Assembly: GCA_004022145.1 (NCBI GenBank)
Contig: RCNU01000001.1
Length of the DNA: 64,000 nt
DNA from: Paecilomyces variotii
Taxonomy: Eukaryota
Reading direction: 5' to 3' (one strand)
Of the stretch, positions 12,506 through 24,790 are shown piece by piece; position 1 is the first letter of the stretch, and each line of letters begins with the position of its first letter. The notes under the pieces are model-generated. The model was given only the letters and a program-made list of their open reading frames with translations. It had not been told where the DNA came from and ran no database searches. The position numbers were made by a program, and so were the translations under genes.

Positions 12506-14465
12506 CTATAGGCTATCCCACATGGACTCTTCGTGGTCATCGATATCTTTGGGGTCCTTAATCTGCCAGAAAGCCTTGAAGCCCTCCACGGTCTTCTGGC
12601 TTGCTTCCGTCACATCACTGGCTGCCATTGGAGCGAAACAGAGGCGCATATATTGATAGGCAATATCCATGGTCTTCTGCGTCGGAGCGAACATCTGGCC
12701 CGGGGCCACAAGGCACAGATATGGCTTCCGCGTCAGGTGAATCCAGAGGGCCTTGCAGAGTTTCTCTCCGCCAAGCTGAGAAAAGAGAGGATGAGTGTCA
12801 ATGCAGATTTTCATCCAGACAAACATGCCAGCCATCGGCCATACGAAGTCGAACATCTTGACCTTGTTCACGACCTCCCAGTCACTCAGATCGCCCATGG
12901 AATTGAAAAGGTCACGGTCGGTACTGTCTTGGACGATGTATTTGCCCTCTTCCAGAGCGGTACACATGTCCTGCATCCGGCGCTCATACGCCCCGCGCAG
13001 ACCTTCGAGCCACCGCACCCAACCGTCCATTTTCCAGCCGTGTTTACCTTGCAAATCCACGTCTCTTCCGCTCTGCTCCTTGGCTTCGGGCCCCATTATC
13101 ATTTTTGCAACCATTGCCTGCACGAAACCTGATGGTTGTTGTGTGGATGACTCGGCGATCCGAGTTAATCTCTCGATAATGGCCGGCTGCGCTGTGATCC
13201 ATCCCAGACGGCAGCCAGGCGCGATAGTCTTGGAGAACGTATCCAGACGGACGACTCGGCCATCCGTGTCTAGGGAGAGGTACGAAGGGACGAGTGAATC
13301 CAAGAACTCGTAGCCCGAGGACTTTCCGTGCGAGTTGTAGTTGCGATTGTAGAGGTTGACTCCTGTCGAGTCCCCCCTGTACTTTTTGGCCAGTGAATAT
13401 GCAGACGGAAACTGTAGGTTCCAGTAGGGATCATCCTCGATAATGATGATGTCGTATTTTTGGCATAGAGCATAGATTTCCTTGCGACGCTCGACGGAAA
13501 GTGTCCCTCCGGTGGGATTCTGACCGATCCTAGAGACTAGATTAGGGAACGAAAAGAGCACACAGGGTTTGGCTGCTACTCACGTTACAGTGTACATGAG
13601 GTGCGGACGGCGACCTTTCCTGAAGTCCCAATTGTCGAGAACGTCTGCTAGACTGCCCTCTCCAGACGCCATCATTCCCTGCTCGTCGACCGCGATCCCC
13701 ACGATATTGAGACCCTTGGGTTTCGCAGTCTGGATGGCGTTCATATAGGCAAACTCCTCGCAAACGATCCCCTCCCTATCGCGGATCCAATCGCGGTCTT
13801 TGTTCCACACATTGGTGAATGCCTCGAGTGCTTTGGAGAAACCGTCGGTCGAGCCGCATGACAGGATGACATCCGGACCTCCTGCATAAGGGACGTTTGG
13901 ATGGAGGTGCTGACGGACGAACTGCTTAATGAACGCCCGAAGCGGAGGATATCCTTCAGCGGTACCGTACTGCAGAGCCGTAGAGAGGTCAATCTTCTTT
14001 ATGAGGTCCGTCGCGCCGCTCTCCTTGGGCACCATGACCCGGGCCGATGCCGGTTGCTCGAGGCTCGCAACGTCCACCACATCATCCTCGGGAGGACCGA
14101 CCGGTATATTTGGTGTCGGCTTGAATCGCTGGGGTAGCGCAACGGTCGCCTCGAGGGTGTCGTAGGGGAAATACGATACGTGGGGCAGGCCTGAGAGGGA
14201 TTTTCTGGTCAGTTCCAACGGTTCCGTTGATGCATCACATTTGACGATCATCCCAATGAGAAATCGTTCAACAACAGCGTCAGTCGGACGTACCTCCAGC
14301 CAAGTTGTGGATTCCAGGAATCTGGAAGTATTTGTAGAAGTTCTTCACGCTGCTCGCCTGGCGGTTCTTCGTCGTGTACGAGTAGTGATGAGAGAGATCC
14401 AGAGGCGGAGGTATGTAAACGTGCTGATCTTTGTCCATTTGATACGGTGGAGGCAGGGAACCCAT
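12506..14465 (-). CDS. PLP-dependent aromatic amino acid / 2-aminoadipate aminotransferase (Aro8-like); exons 14465-14294, 14190-13584, 13529-12506
   Basis: Motifs NLAGGLP...YFP, ALQYG..EGYPPL, YTVTIGQNPTG, IIEDDPY and DTFSKTIAPGCRLGW (PLP lysine). Both introns restore frame with canonical GT..AG. Confidence 0.9.
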
Positions 14466-14690
14466 CTTCTAGATATATCAGCGACTCAGCGTCGGGCTGT
14501 TAGCTCCCCTGGCGATCACGACAGATGATGTGCGTCTTGCGAACAAAGTTTGTTGTTGGCTCGGCCTTCTCAGCGATGGAACCCTTGATATTATTATTCC
14601 ATCGAATGTATGTAGTAATAGTACCAGATGGATGAAAGAAGAAGTTATCATCAACCGGCCAGACGCGACAATCTGTAGGCTGGGGAGACC

Positions 14691-14782
14691 GTTATCTGGG
14701 GGACTTTTGCGTAGTTAGTTAGGACGATGATTGATAAGCAGCAGGCTTTGACAGCCCGATTAACTTATCTCTAACACGATAA
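14691..14782. promoter_or_regulatory. Cluster of four HGATAR (AreA-type GATA) sites upstream of the aminotransferase
   Basis: TTATCT ~14692, TGATAA 14732, TTATCT 14765 and CGATAA 14777, all within ~90 bp and 230-320 bp upstream of the ATG at 14465. Confidence 0.5.
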
Positions 14783-15319
14783 GTTAACTAGTTATGGCGT
14801 CTGGAGAAGACGGCTGGCAGTGGAGTCGACCAGCAATGAAATGAAGAGCCGTGCGGATGAACCGTGGATGCCATAAGGCTGGCGATCATCGATTCCTGAT
14901 GGTAAACCATCATCAAGCAATAATATGAATATGAATGAATTCATTAATTCATTCATTAATTCGTTCGAGACGCTCTGCTTCATCCTGACAGGGCGACGGC
15001 GTCATCTCGGGCTCAGGTAAGCAGCTGGACAATCATCCACCTGCTCGTCTCGCCCATCCGGACTGGCTGATGCCTTTTCTCCCTCGTCCACGGATACACC
15101 CGGACTGTCGGTCTTTATCACCTTCTACCTCTGGATCATGTCTCTATTTTGTTTCTTCCTTCAGAAATCATTTGTCTTCACTGCGTCGATCTAGGTAGTT
15201 CTCTCGTTTCAACCGCCCCACCATTCCGTCGAGGTAGGTTATCTCTTGGGTATCTTCTCTGATCCGTTGCTTTGTTTCTCTGATCGACTGACCCTTGAAT
15301 CATCGCTAGGGTTCTCACC

Positions 15320-17490
15320 ATGTACGACGACCACCGCGACGAGGAACGGGGTGTCTTCGTCCCACCACCCTTGACGGACGAAGAGAGCGCTGGCGATCCG
15401 GATGCTCCGGACGGTCTGCTCCCCGAAGAGGCCGGCAGCGAAGGAGGGCTGCGTCGACTACCGATCTGGATACAAGAATCATCCAAGTCATTTCGCTGGG
15501 GATGGGTACCGCTGCCGCTCAGGAAAGCTGGTCGCGCGGTCGTGCGCTGGGTAAAGGGTCCAGAGCCACCGCATGAGCTGCTCTTCAGGCCTCTGTTCCC
15601 CAACATCCAGGCATTGCCGGTCACCTACTTCGAACGACTCTTCCCGAAACGAAAACAAAAGATCGCTGTGCTACTCTTTCTATATTTCTCGTGGTTTTTG
15701 TCGTGGTTTCTGGTTCTACTGCATTCCGCCTCATCCGGTTATATTGAAGGATACGGCAGGCCGCAGACTCTGTCCTGCTCCGCAAGCTTCTGGTATGGGA
15801 AACCTCAAAGCCCGTAGACAATTCTTTGTCCAGATCGTGAATGTGGAGGGACTAACAGACGTTTATCTGATACAGGTCCTATGGCAATAAATGCGGCCTC
15901 AACGGAAATGACTGCCGTCCATTTTCCGAATCGACATTGGCCTTCCGCTGCCCAGCAAATTGTAGAGCGCTGAAACTGCTCGAACCTCATACAGTGGGAA
16001 ACCAGACCCTCAACTATCAACCGTTAGTTGTCGGTGGGCCAGAGCCAGAATCTCCTGAGCAGGGAGTCTACCGCGCCGACAGTTTCATCTGTCAGGCGGC
16101 TATCCATGCAGGTGCCATAACCAATACCGCTGGCGGATGTGGTGTGGTGAAGCTGGAAGGCGCTGCGCATTCGTATCCCTCTGTCGCCCGTCATGGCCTG
16201 CAGTCGGTCGGATTCCCATCGACCTTCCCGAAGTCATTCAGTTTCTTAAAGCTTTCCGGCTCGCAAGCGGGCTGCCCGAAGGACCCCCGGTGGCCTCTTC
16301 TAGGCATTACTATCACAGCAATAGTCTTGATAGCGTTGTTTACGACCTCACCGCCCGTCTTTTTCTTCAGCACGTTCTTCATGCTATTCTTGCATGTTGG
16401 TCTGGTGTCAGATCCACCGAATCTGCCCAGTTTGACAGAATTGTTTTCACTGCTGCTGGCTCGGCTCCTACCGGCCTCCTTCGTGGCCTACGTGCTGTAC
16501 ATGTACTGTGCTCGTCCACTGCTGACGCCGTTGTCCTCTCCAGCATACCAGCTCAGCAAGACGCTGCTCTATCTCCCTACTGCATTTATCGGCGCACTGA
16601 ATAATTATACATTCGCTGTGCTGATCCCGATCCAGCGACTGACGCCTCACGACATTCGCGAACAACCAGGAGCCAAAGCAGCACTGGGTATCATGATAAC
16701 GCTTGTGGTTTCAATTATTCTCTCTCAGGCATGGCATATTCGTCAAGGTGGTCTGATGCCCCGTTATCTGGCGATATACGGTTCGATGGGAACCATAATA
16801 CTCATCCTGCTCGCCTTGCCTGGCCTTCGCCTCCGAATTCACCATTACATCCTTGCTATCCTATTGATGCCTGGAACTGCTTTCCCCATCAGACCATCCG
16901 TGATCTACCAAGGTCTGCTCCTGGGATTGTTCATTAACGGTGTCGCGCGATGGGGGTTTGCATCGATTATCCAGACCCCCGCTGCCTTGGGAGAGATCCC
17001 GTCGAGCACTGGAGGCTCCAACGGCTGGTGGGGCGCCACAAGCCCAAACATCACCCATTCATCCGTCCACATTTCTCTGCCTCGCAATACTGATCCGAGG
17101 CACCATGGCAACGGGAACATCACATTTGCGCTCTGGGAGCATGAAAGAATGGCCGAACTCGGAGTAGATGGGGTTAGCGTCCTTGTCAACGATGTCGAGC
17201 GCTTCCGCGGTTACCTGGATGAAGACAAGCGGGGCGAATTCACCTGGCACCGCCACGGCCATGATGGCCTGGAACTCCCTGGTGTGCTTATGCCTGTCGA
17301 CCGCGAGGACGATTCCTTCGACAGGCAGAGCGACGAAGTAAAAGCAGAAAGCCAGAGAGCAGACGACGAACCAGAAGATCTCTTCTTCCGATTTGCATTC
17401 CTACGAGGAGCCGAGGCAGGACTTTACGGCGGAACGGGTGTTTGGTTAAGAGATGGACGGTGGCTTCCGCCACCTCCTCCTAAGACATAG
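15320..17490 (+). CDS. LCCL-domain membrane protein (one intron ~15793-15875)
   Basis: CGLNG..CRPF, FRCPANC and YRADSFICQAAIHAG...GGCG (LCCL domain), followed by multiple TM segments with LRIHHYIL and GLFINGVARWGF. Confidence 0.88.
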
Positions 17491-19273
17491 AGATATATTT
17501 AGAGAGGCGTTGAGGGAATATGGATCGAATGCCTATCGATATAGATCAGAAAGCGTTGTATATGGCCTGATGTCTTGGACAGATATATACCCTGGGATCC
17601 TTAGTGATATGGCCCCGTCTTCCTTGTTTTGTGTTTGCTCTGTGAGTATCAAGTTGGTTATTTGGTTACTGAGCTATCCACTACGTGGGTGAGTCAACGT
17701 CGTTATGCCTGCTGTTGAATAGGTCTATGGCTTTTTAGTTTTAAATGAACCACGATCGATCTTTGCTCTTTCATGACTCAAGGTTCGTATTCTGTTGTCG
17801 ATTTCCGGTCTGAGACTGCCCACGGAGTGGGCACGGGCTGATAGCTCAATGTAGCTGGCAAAACGATTGTTTCGTATCACTGAATGCTCTGATCCCTATA
17901 CTTTAAATGCATTCCATTTCTTATATCAGATGTATTGAATTCCCCCCATGCATGGCCTTCCCGAATAAGCTATTTCCTGATTCTCGACGGTCCGTACACA
18001 GAACAAGTTTCAAGTAACCACCAAAAATCTTGACCAACGTGTCCCTTAATCATCATCTTCCTAACCCCCAATACTAAATGAGTTGCAGGTATCAAAACCA
18101 GCACATGACCCAGACGGCGCCGAAAACTCGCCTCGGCTAAAAACCATGGCAACACTCAACACTGCCGCGATCATCATCGCTGCCTTGGCCTGTAGAGAAA
18201 ATGTCCGAACCCGAATCGTATACGGGTTTATAGGTAGAAACTATTGCTTAGACCTTTCCCATTTGGTACGCCGCTCAAACTCAGTATGGGATGATGGGAC
18301 ATCACAATGATTAGGAGATCTCAGCTAGTGCTTAGCAATTTAGCTCTGCTGCTGTAAATCTGGTTTTTGATAATCATGTAACGTTTCTATCAGCTCTTCT
18401 TGTCAATGATCGACGGGTCGAGCCAGAATGTCAAGAGGCTCTAAGCATAGATACCACATAATAACTCATACTGAGTACGCTTGCTTGCCTTCTTTCCAAG
18501 TTTCTATGATTGGTCGTATCCGCGTGTATTCGTCTAATAACTTTGCCGGTTCTATTGGTACCGGGCTGTGCTGGTTTTAATACTTGCAATTCACTGAGTT
18601 TGGAAGCATAACGCATATAATGGACAGCATGCGCTGGAGTTGGAAGATTTGTCAAGGTGTCAAGAAGGGTTTCTGATGGTTGGTGTCGCGAATCGATATT
18701 CTTATAGATGAATCTGTGAATAACTCCTACATGAACTTATTGAATCATATAGCATGCAAGAAAATAGTATATATTGAACCTCTAGCGCAGTAGCTAGTGT
18801 TCCCTGCTCGACTCAAGGTCTAGGGGCAGGTTGGTCCCGTGTTTACCTCCTAGTTACACAAAGAATTTTAGTCTCTAGTAGGCTCTATCCATATAAAAAC
18901 CCCTGCAAATTGATGAACGCGTTCTTTGTGCGCTGACAAAATTAACCACTGTCAATAAGCGAGGTGGTCTTCAGTCACATGAGCTCTTGTGAAAGTGATA
19001 TGCGACAGAGGAGGAAGATATGGTCAGAGATTCGCTGCATGTGTTCTACTTAGATAGGTATAGCTGGATGTAGTTAGGAATGTAACTATGTAGGTTGATT
19101 GAGTTCTTGGCATGGAATAATAAAGATATGGTCAATTTTCATTTCTGGTATCATCTCGCTATGCTGTGCCTTTGCACTTCAAATCATGATTGCATTATAA
19201 TACATTTAGCTGAAGGGATCACGTCTTCAAGAAAAATCACCACTTGTTCACATACACCTATCAAAGTCCCCGT

Positions 19274-20627
19274 TCACTGAATTGCCTGCCATGGATACAG
19301 ACTCCATGGTTTCTCGACCCTGGATGCCGCATCCAAGAAACGATTCAGCTCCTCAAGCAGACGGCTCATCACTTCAATAATCTCACTGGCCAAACGAGAA
19401 TTATCAGCCATCGCCTCCATAAGCTCAACAGTCGTGTCACGATCAGTGGCCTTGATGTAAAACTCGATGTATTTTCTGATGCCCTCTTTGAAACGAGGTG
19501 GAAGCTCAGTGGGGTAGTCGTACAGAGTGCTAGCCGCCTCGAAATAGTCGTACGGTTCACAGTAATTGGCAGCGTGAAGGATGTGCTCGATGATATGTTC
19601 ACGGAAGCCATCGAAAAGGTATTGGTCGGCAAGTTCATAGAGTCGAAGGAGGAAATCCAAATGCGCCTTTGCTTCCTCGGCGAATTTTTTCTCGTCGCTT
19701 TTCTCCCAGTCCTCCTGGTCCCAGTCCTCGAACATGGTGCAACGAAAGATCGGGGATATGTGTTCTGAGGAAGGGTACCACAGATGGAAATATCTCTGAT
19801 CAGGGCACCAAGCAGTTGAGTACCAAAGCTTCTGATCGGTAAAGACGTCTAGGTCAGAGATAGGGTTTCCAGTGTAGTTGTGACACGGTATGCTACCAGC
19901 ATAAAGGAAGTCGACCAGGTAGGCGAAGTCACTGGGATCTCCTTCAGGAAGACGGACCAACTTCTCGTTCATCTCGCGGAAGCCTCTATTACAGCAGGCC
20001 TCAAAGAAGCGTGATTCCTCTAGGAACCCCTGGTGCACCTGGAAAGGAGTTCTGTTCGTTCCGACTAAAAGCGTGATGATGTCCGTACCATACCTGGTTA
20101 GATATCAGTACAAGTCAAGAACACATCTATATTCAATAGGCTCACTTGGCAACTCTAGGATTCCTCGGTTCATCTTTGCGTTCCTCTCCACGATCAAGGT
20201 ACACTCCGTCTAGACTTTCGCATACTTCGTCCAGGGCACCATTGGATGCTTCAGAAAGCTCATGTTCAAGAAGATCAACCTCAGTGCGGGCATTTCCAGC
20301 GTAGACATCTTTAAAAGGAGCATCTTCAGCAGGAGCACCTTCAGAAGGGACACTTTCAGAAGGGGCATTTTCAGCGTAGATATCTTCAACAGGAGCTTTT
20401 TCTGAAGGAGAACCTTCAGAAGGGGCATCTTCAGAAGGGGCATCTTCAGAAGGGGCATCTTCAATAATGGAGGTATACCCATCTTCCCGGCGAGAGGAGG
20501 CTGGAAAGTTCATGTCATTCTGGATGCGTGATACCCCATGCTCTCGACGGATACGTATCAGCCTGTGGAATCCACGAAACATGTTCGACAGGGAGATTCT
20601 TCGTGATCTGACGAACATTGGAGGCAT
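19274..20627 (-). CDS. BTB/POZ-domain protein with acidic repeat N-terminus (intron ~20145-20096)
   Basis: Exon 2 gives 'YGTDIITLLVGTNRTPFQVHQGFLEESRFFEACCNRGFRE...VRLPEGDPSDFAYLVDFLY', a typical fungal BTB, plus later 'LYELADQY'. Exon 1 is ORF 20142-20627; its start is less certain. Confidence 0.72.
20310..20462 (-). repeat. 15-bp tandem coding repeat (SEDAP-like pentapeptide), 3 near-perfect plus ~7 degenerate units
   Basis: AGAAGGGGCATCTTC repeated at ~20418-20462; translation EDAPSEDAPSEDAPSEGSPSEKAPVEDIYAENAPSESVPSEGAPAEDAP. Confidence 0.85.
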
Positions 20628-20728
20628 TTTTTCTTTCAGAAAATGTGACTAGGTGATGTGAAGAAGGTGAGAGAGACGCGTTGCGTGATTTTTTGAACAC
20701 ATATCGGAATAAAGACAAGCCGGTTATT

Positions 20729-22660
20729 TCAGTGTTTGATACCTATAACTGCCAGGTTCCTTGGACTTTGATTGTAGTCAAACACTGGCTCGACCCAGCA
20801 GTCTTTGACCACATCATGTTCTCGAAGGAACTGCCATCTATCAGTGACAATAATAGCCTCGACGACGTTGGCGCTGAACGCCATAAGACTCCAGACAACA
20901 CTGAGATTGTGCTTTGCGGAATTATACGCTTCTACATAGTGCTCCAACTCTTCGTCTGAGATGCCACTCATCTCCTTGTCAATCTTTGGACCATAATTCG
21001 GATCACGGACGAGTCTCGACACCGCTGCACGAACATATGCGTTGAACGAATCGAATGCTCCTTTCCTGAGAGAACCAACGATAAGTGGTGTTCCAGGGGT
21101 TTCCTCAGTAGCCGAGTCCATGCTAGAGGGATCGGCTGGTACCCCTGGCTTAGGAATGATCTTCTTGTCCAGAAGGATACGCTGGAGCAGGGCTCGATAG
21201 AAGTGGCGTGTGAAGAAGCTCTCGCTGTCCTCCTTGCCCCAGTTGTATGGCGCCTGTACGGCCATCATCCTGGCTGTGATGTTCAGCTTCATGCCAGTAC
21301 CGCCCTCATATACCACCTCCTCCAAGCGTTTGGACATAGGAAAGCCGTGTGGATCATATGCTGTTCCCGTTTGTTCCAGTCTAGGATGCAGGGAACGGAG
21401 CACTGGGAGTTTATATGTGGCGGGTCCTAGTCTCTCCGTCATGAGATTGTAACAGCAGCCGATCATAGCGACTGCCACGACTGACGGGTTCGCAACGAGA
21501 GATCGAATTCCGTGATGAAGCAAATTTCCACACGAATGCAGCGAGATCACCATTACTCTCGGGTCGACACCAGACGCTGGTGAAGACGCTCTTGATTCTT
21601 TTCCTGAATCTGCCGACTCGGGCGTGACGACATGTCTGATAATAGGCTCCAGATAACCATCCTGGATGTCATGTTCGATGTAATGCATGGCACCCTTTGG
21701 CTTTTCTTCTTCCTCCTCATCAGTAGAGGGGAGCCGGCCACTGATCGTGGGGACTTGGTTGAGCTCATTGGGCTCGAGGTTGATCTCGCTGAAAACGTTG
21801 ATCACGGTGACAGAATCATCCTGCTTATCGGCCTCATTCGAAGCGCCAACATCGCTGGAAGGGGTGTCTGAACCCTTCGGAGAGCAATTAGAGCAGTCAG
21901 AGGACGACTCCAGTGCGCTTTTCTTGCTTTTGTTATACTCTTTCTTGTTCCTGAGAATGACCGTCTTCTCCGCCAATTTAGCATGGACATCCATGCCTCT
22001 GGCACCAGCGATGTTATGATGTTTCCTTTCGATTGCGATTATATTCTTATTGAATGGAGGACTCGCAAGTGTCCGTCCGAGGTAATTTTGGCCCGATCCA
22101 AAGTCCACGATATGAGAAACAGACTCCCCTCTCTCCTCTTCTACAGTTGCGGAAAGGGAATTGACATATCGAGAGAAATTCTCGACCTCATGGCACTTTT
22201 TCGGCTTCATACCAACAGCAACATGTCGAGGTATCGTACCCTTGGTGTTCGAAGGGGTGAAGTCCCTCTTTAGACTGAACCTCCGAATCTGGTGAATATA
22301 GTCCAAGAGACTAGCTGGAGGTAGAGGGCCTCCCTTCCACTTTGCATCCTCATAATGGATGGATTCTTCTGAAGCTCCATTGCTCAATCGCGAAATGTTC
22401 TCTCGAAGCGAATCTATATCTTCCCTCATCAGAAGATGCAAGATATCTTGAATATCATGCTGTCCAAAGAACTCTCTCCAATCTTCCGGGAGCAAAGTCG
22501 TGAACAGATCAGGCTCTCTCGTCAGGAAATCTAGTATATGGACTCCACCACATAGATTCTGAAATAGAGTGGTCGTGGTTGCAAAAGAAAGGAGAGAGTC
22601 AACGTAAGAATCTGCATCCTTCCACTCATCAGAGAGTGGGAGGGGAGATTTTGGTTTCAT
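20729..22660 (-). CDS. Methyltransferase-like protein (METTL25/RRNAD1 family, Methyltransf_32)
   Basis: MKPKKCHEV, IVDFGSGQNYLGR (SAM motif), SLHSCGNL, IGCCYN, EAIIVTDR and SPRNLAV motifs. Intronless, 643 aa. Confidence 0.88.
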   Translation of the reverse strand: MKPKSPLPLSDEWKDADSYVDSLLSFATTTTLFQNLCGGVHILDFLTREPDLFTTLLPEDWREFFGQHDIQDILHLLMREDIDSLRENISRLSNGASEESIHYEDAKWKGGPLPPASLLDYIHQIRRFSLKRDFTPSNTKGTIPRHVAVGMKPKKCHEVENFSRYVNSLSATVEEERGESVSHIVDFGSGQNYLGRTLASPPFNKNIIAIERKHHNIAGARGMDVHAKLAEKTVILRNKKEYNKSKKSALESSSDCSNCSPKGSDTPSSDVGASNEADKQDDSVTVINVFSEINLEPNELNQVPTISGRLPSTDEEEEEKPKGAMHYIEHDIQDGYLEPIIRHVVTPESADSGKESRASSPASGVDPRVMVISLHSCGNLLHHGIRSLVANPSVVAVAMIGCCYNLMTERLGPATYKLPVLRSLHPRLEQTGTAYDPHGFPMSKRLEEVVYEGGTGMKLNITARMMAVQAPYNWGKEDSESFFTRHFYRALLQRILLDKKIIPKPGVPADPSSMDSATEETPGTPLIVGSLRKGAFDSFNAYVRAAVSRLVRDPNYGPKIDKEMSGISDEELEHYVEAYNSAKHNLSVVWSLMAFSANVVEAIIVTDRWQFLREHDVVKDCWVEPVFDYNQSPRNLAVIGIKH

Positions 22661-23020
22661 GACGTGAAGTGCAGCAACGACAGCAATATCAATGGATTAT
22701 GTGATTGACAAGTATTTCCATCAAGTATTCATTCACCTTATGATAAAACAATACCTTTCTTTTAACCGCCTGGTGAACGATTTCACTTTATTTTTTTGAG
22801 TTCTAAAATTTGTGGCGGAAGGAAATTACCCTGTGTGGCTTAGCGCGGGGACGGTCCTGCGGTTCCAAGGTTTCCGCTTACAAGCGCCGAGATTGGAGTA
22901 GAATAATAGTAGTATGATGAACGACTTTGCTTTAAAATATTTACTTAGATTCTGAATATTCGTAGAAATCTGTATAATATCTGTACTCAGCTTCTGCAAT
23001 GAAGTATGGAACAATAGAGC

Positions 23021-24013
23021 TTAAGCGGCCATAGCCGCAAGAGCCCTCTGCTTCTCCTGCAAGGCACTAAAGTTCCTCTTCATGGCATTCGCAGTGAACT
23101 GCTCTCCAGTAACCATCGCATATTTCTTCTTTGGGCCTTGAATCAATGCATCCGCGCACGGCTGGTTGAAGAACGCGATACTATATCTATCACCAAAGTA
23201 ATCACCCGGCTCTGACGGAGTCTTGACACGATGGAAAGTCGACTTGAAACGGTCATCCGACCATGACATGAGCAAATCACCGATATTGCAGATGATATCT
23301 CCAGCTTTGAGATCGACCTTTGTCCACGCGTCTCCAAGAGCAAACTCTGTGACGACTTCTCGGCCTGGACAGATCTCCAGTCCGCCTTGGCCTTCTCGTT
23401 GGAAAAGTAGGGTCAGGAATCCCCAGTCGCAGTGTGCTCCGGCACGATAATAGACTCCTGTGTTGTTTCCCTCTGGAAGGGCGAAGTAATGCAATAGACG
23501 CATGGTTGTCTGAGAGATAGGCCGGGTGATATCATGGAACTTGATGAAGTAGTCATCGGGGAATCCCAGACCGCGTGCAAAGCATATCATCAATTTCTCA
23601 GATATTTTTTGTACGCGGTTCATAAAGGCCAAGGAATCTTCTCGAAACTTGGGAAGGTATTCATCTTTGATCCACATGCCTTTCATATTCTGGCCAAACT
23701 GTAGCTGATAAGATTCTTTCCTGTCCGGCTTTCCTGTTGATGGTCGGATTTGAGAGTTCTTCTCCCATCCTACGTTCCTGGGACTCCACGGAACCGTTGC
23801 TTTGACCTCGTCAGGAAGAGAGAAGAAGGCTTCTGAAGTTTCGAACATGTGGTTGATTTCCTCCACCGAGAGTCCATGGTCAGTGATGGAGAAGAAACCT
23901 ACTTCCTCCGCTGCCATCACAAGCTGGGTTGTTATGTCATCGATTCTAGCATCAAAATCGCCCAGAGATATTGTAGGGATCTCACGATCGACGTATTTGG
24001 TGCTTTCGGACAT
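23021..24013 (-). CDS. 2-oxoglutarate/Fe(II) dioxygenase, isopenicillin-N-synthase-like (DIOX_N + 2OG-FeII_Oxy)
   Basis: IPTISL, VGFFSITDHG, RLLHY, HCD (HxD), NIGDLL..WSDDRFKSTFHRV and RYSIAFF (RxS). ATG at 24013. Confidence 0.92.
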   Translation of the reverse strand: MSESTKYVDREIPTISLGDFDARIDDITTQLVMAAEEVGFFSITDHGLSVEEINHMFETSEAFFSLPDEVKATVPWSPRNVGWEKNSQIRPSTGKPDRKESYQLQFGQNMKGMWIKDEYLPKFREDSLAFMNRVQKISEKLMICFARGLGFPDDYFIKFHDITRPISQTTMRLLHYFALPEGNNTGVYYRAGAHCDWGFLTLLFQREGQGGLEICPGREVVTEFALGDAWTKVDLKAGDIICNIGDLLMSWSDDRFKSTFHRVKTPSEPGDYFGDRYSIAFFNQPCADALIQGPKKKYAMVTGEQFTANAMKRNFSALQEKQRALAAMAA

Positions 24014-24790
24014 TGTCGCTAGTATATTGTATCCGTATACTTTACGCTTGTTGAACAATGTGTCCCGATGAGGTGACCGCTGTGATCTAAGAATCAATAA
24101 AAGATTTAGCTATAGACCGAAAGTGATGGGAAATATATCACTTTCCCATAGTAAGATGAAAAGATGAGGGATACAAGCGTTAAAACTATCTTTCGTATCC
24201 CATGAGATGAAGCGGAAGTTCTTATCGGGTTCGGATAGACCGATAAAGCTTGTGAAACGACGACATCACGATAAGCGCCATCCAGTAGTTACCTGTCAAT
24301 GATCTCCATGACTGGTTCATCATGTAGTCGCATTTCGGATATCGGCGAAATCCTCGTACAGATATCACAGAACCAGTGAACAATAAATGGATATTCATAC
24401 GCATGAAGCTGTGACTATCGAATCGGAGCATCGAACTGATAGTTACATCATAGAAACTGAGCTCTGGCATGTTGCTATTGATGCCGCCGTGACAGCCTAG
24501 AAAAAAAGCAGTATCATGCCACCTTATTAGACGATGTATCTCTGCCAGTTAGTATCTTCAACTGCTTTCCAAACAGACAAGGACGGATGCGGCTTGAAAC
24601 TGACCAAGTACAGTAGAGCCCGAGCGGAGCCAATGGTGTCCGACGAGGCGCCAAGGCCAGCGTGGTTGTCGCAACCGAGTCCGGGGGATTCTCATCATCA
24701 ACCGCAAGTAGTCGAGAAACAACTATCGCCTCCAACAGACGAGCACAAAAGCAATGGCAGCTCGAGTATAGAAATAACACCTGCGCGACC

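Noticed and set aside
17835..17860. GGGCTGATAGCTCAATG, resembling a tRNA 5' end / A box
   Set aside because: No downstream T-loop (GTTCRA) at suitable spacing and no acceptor-stem complement.
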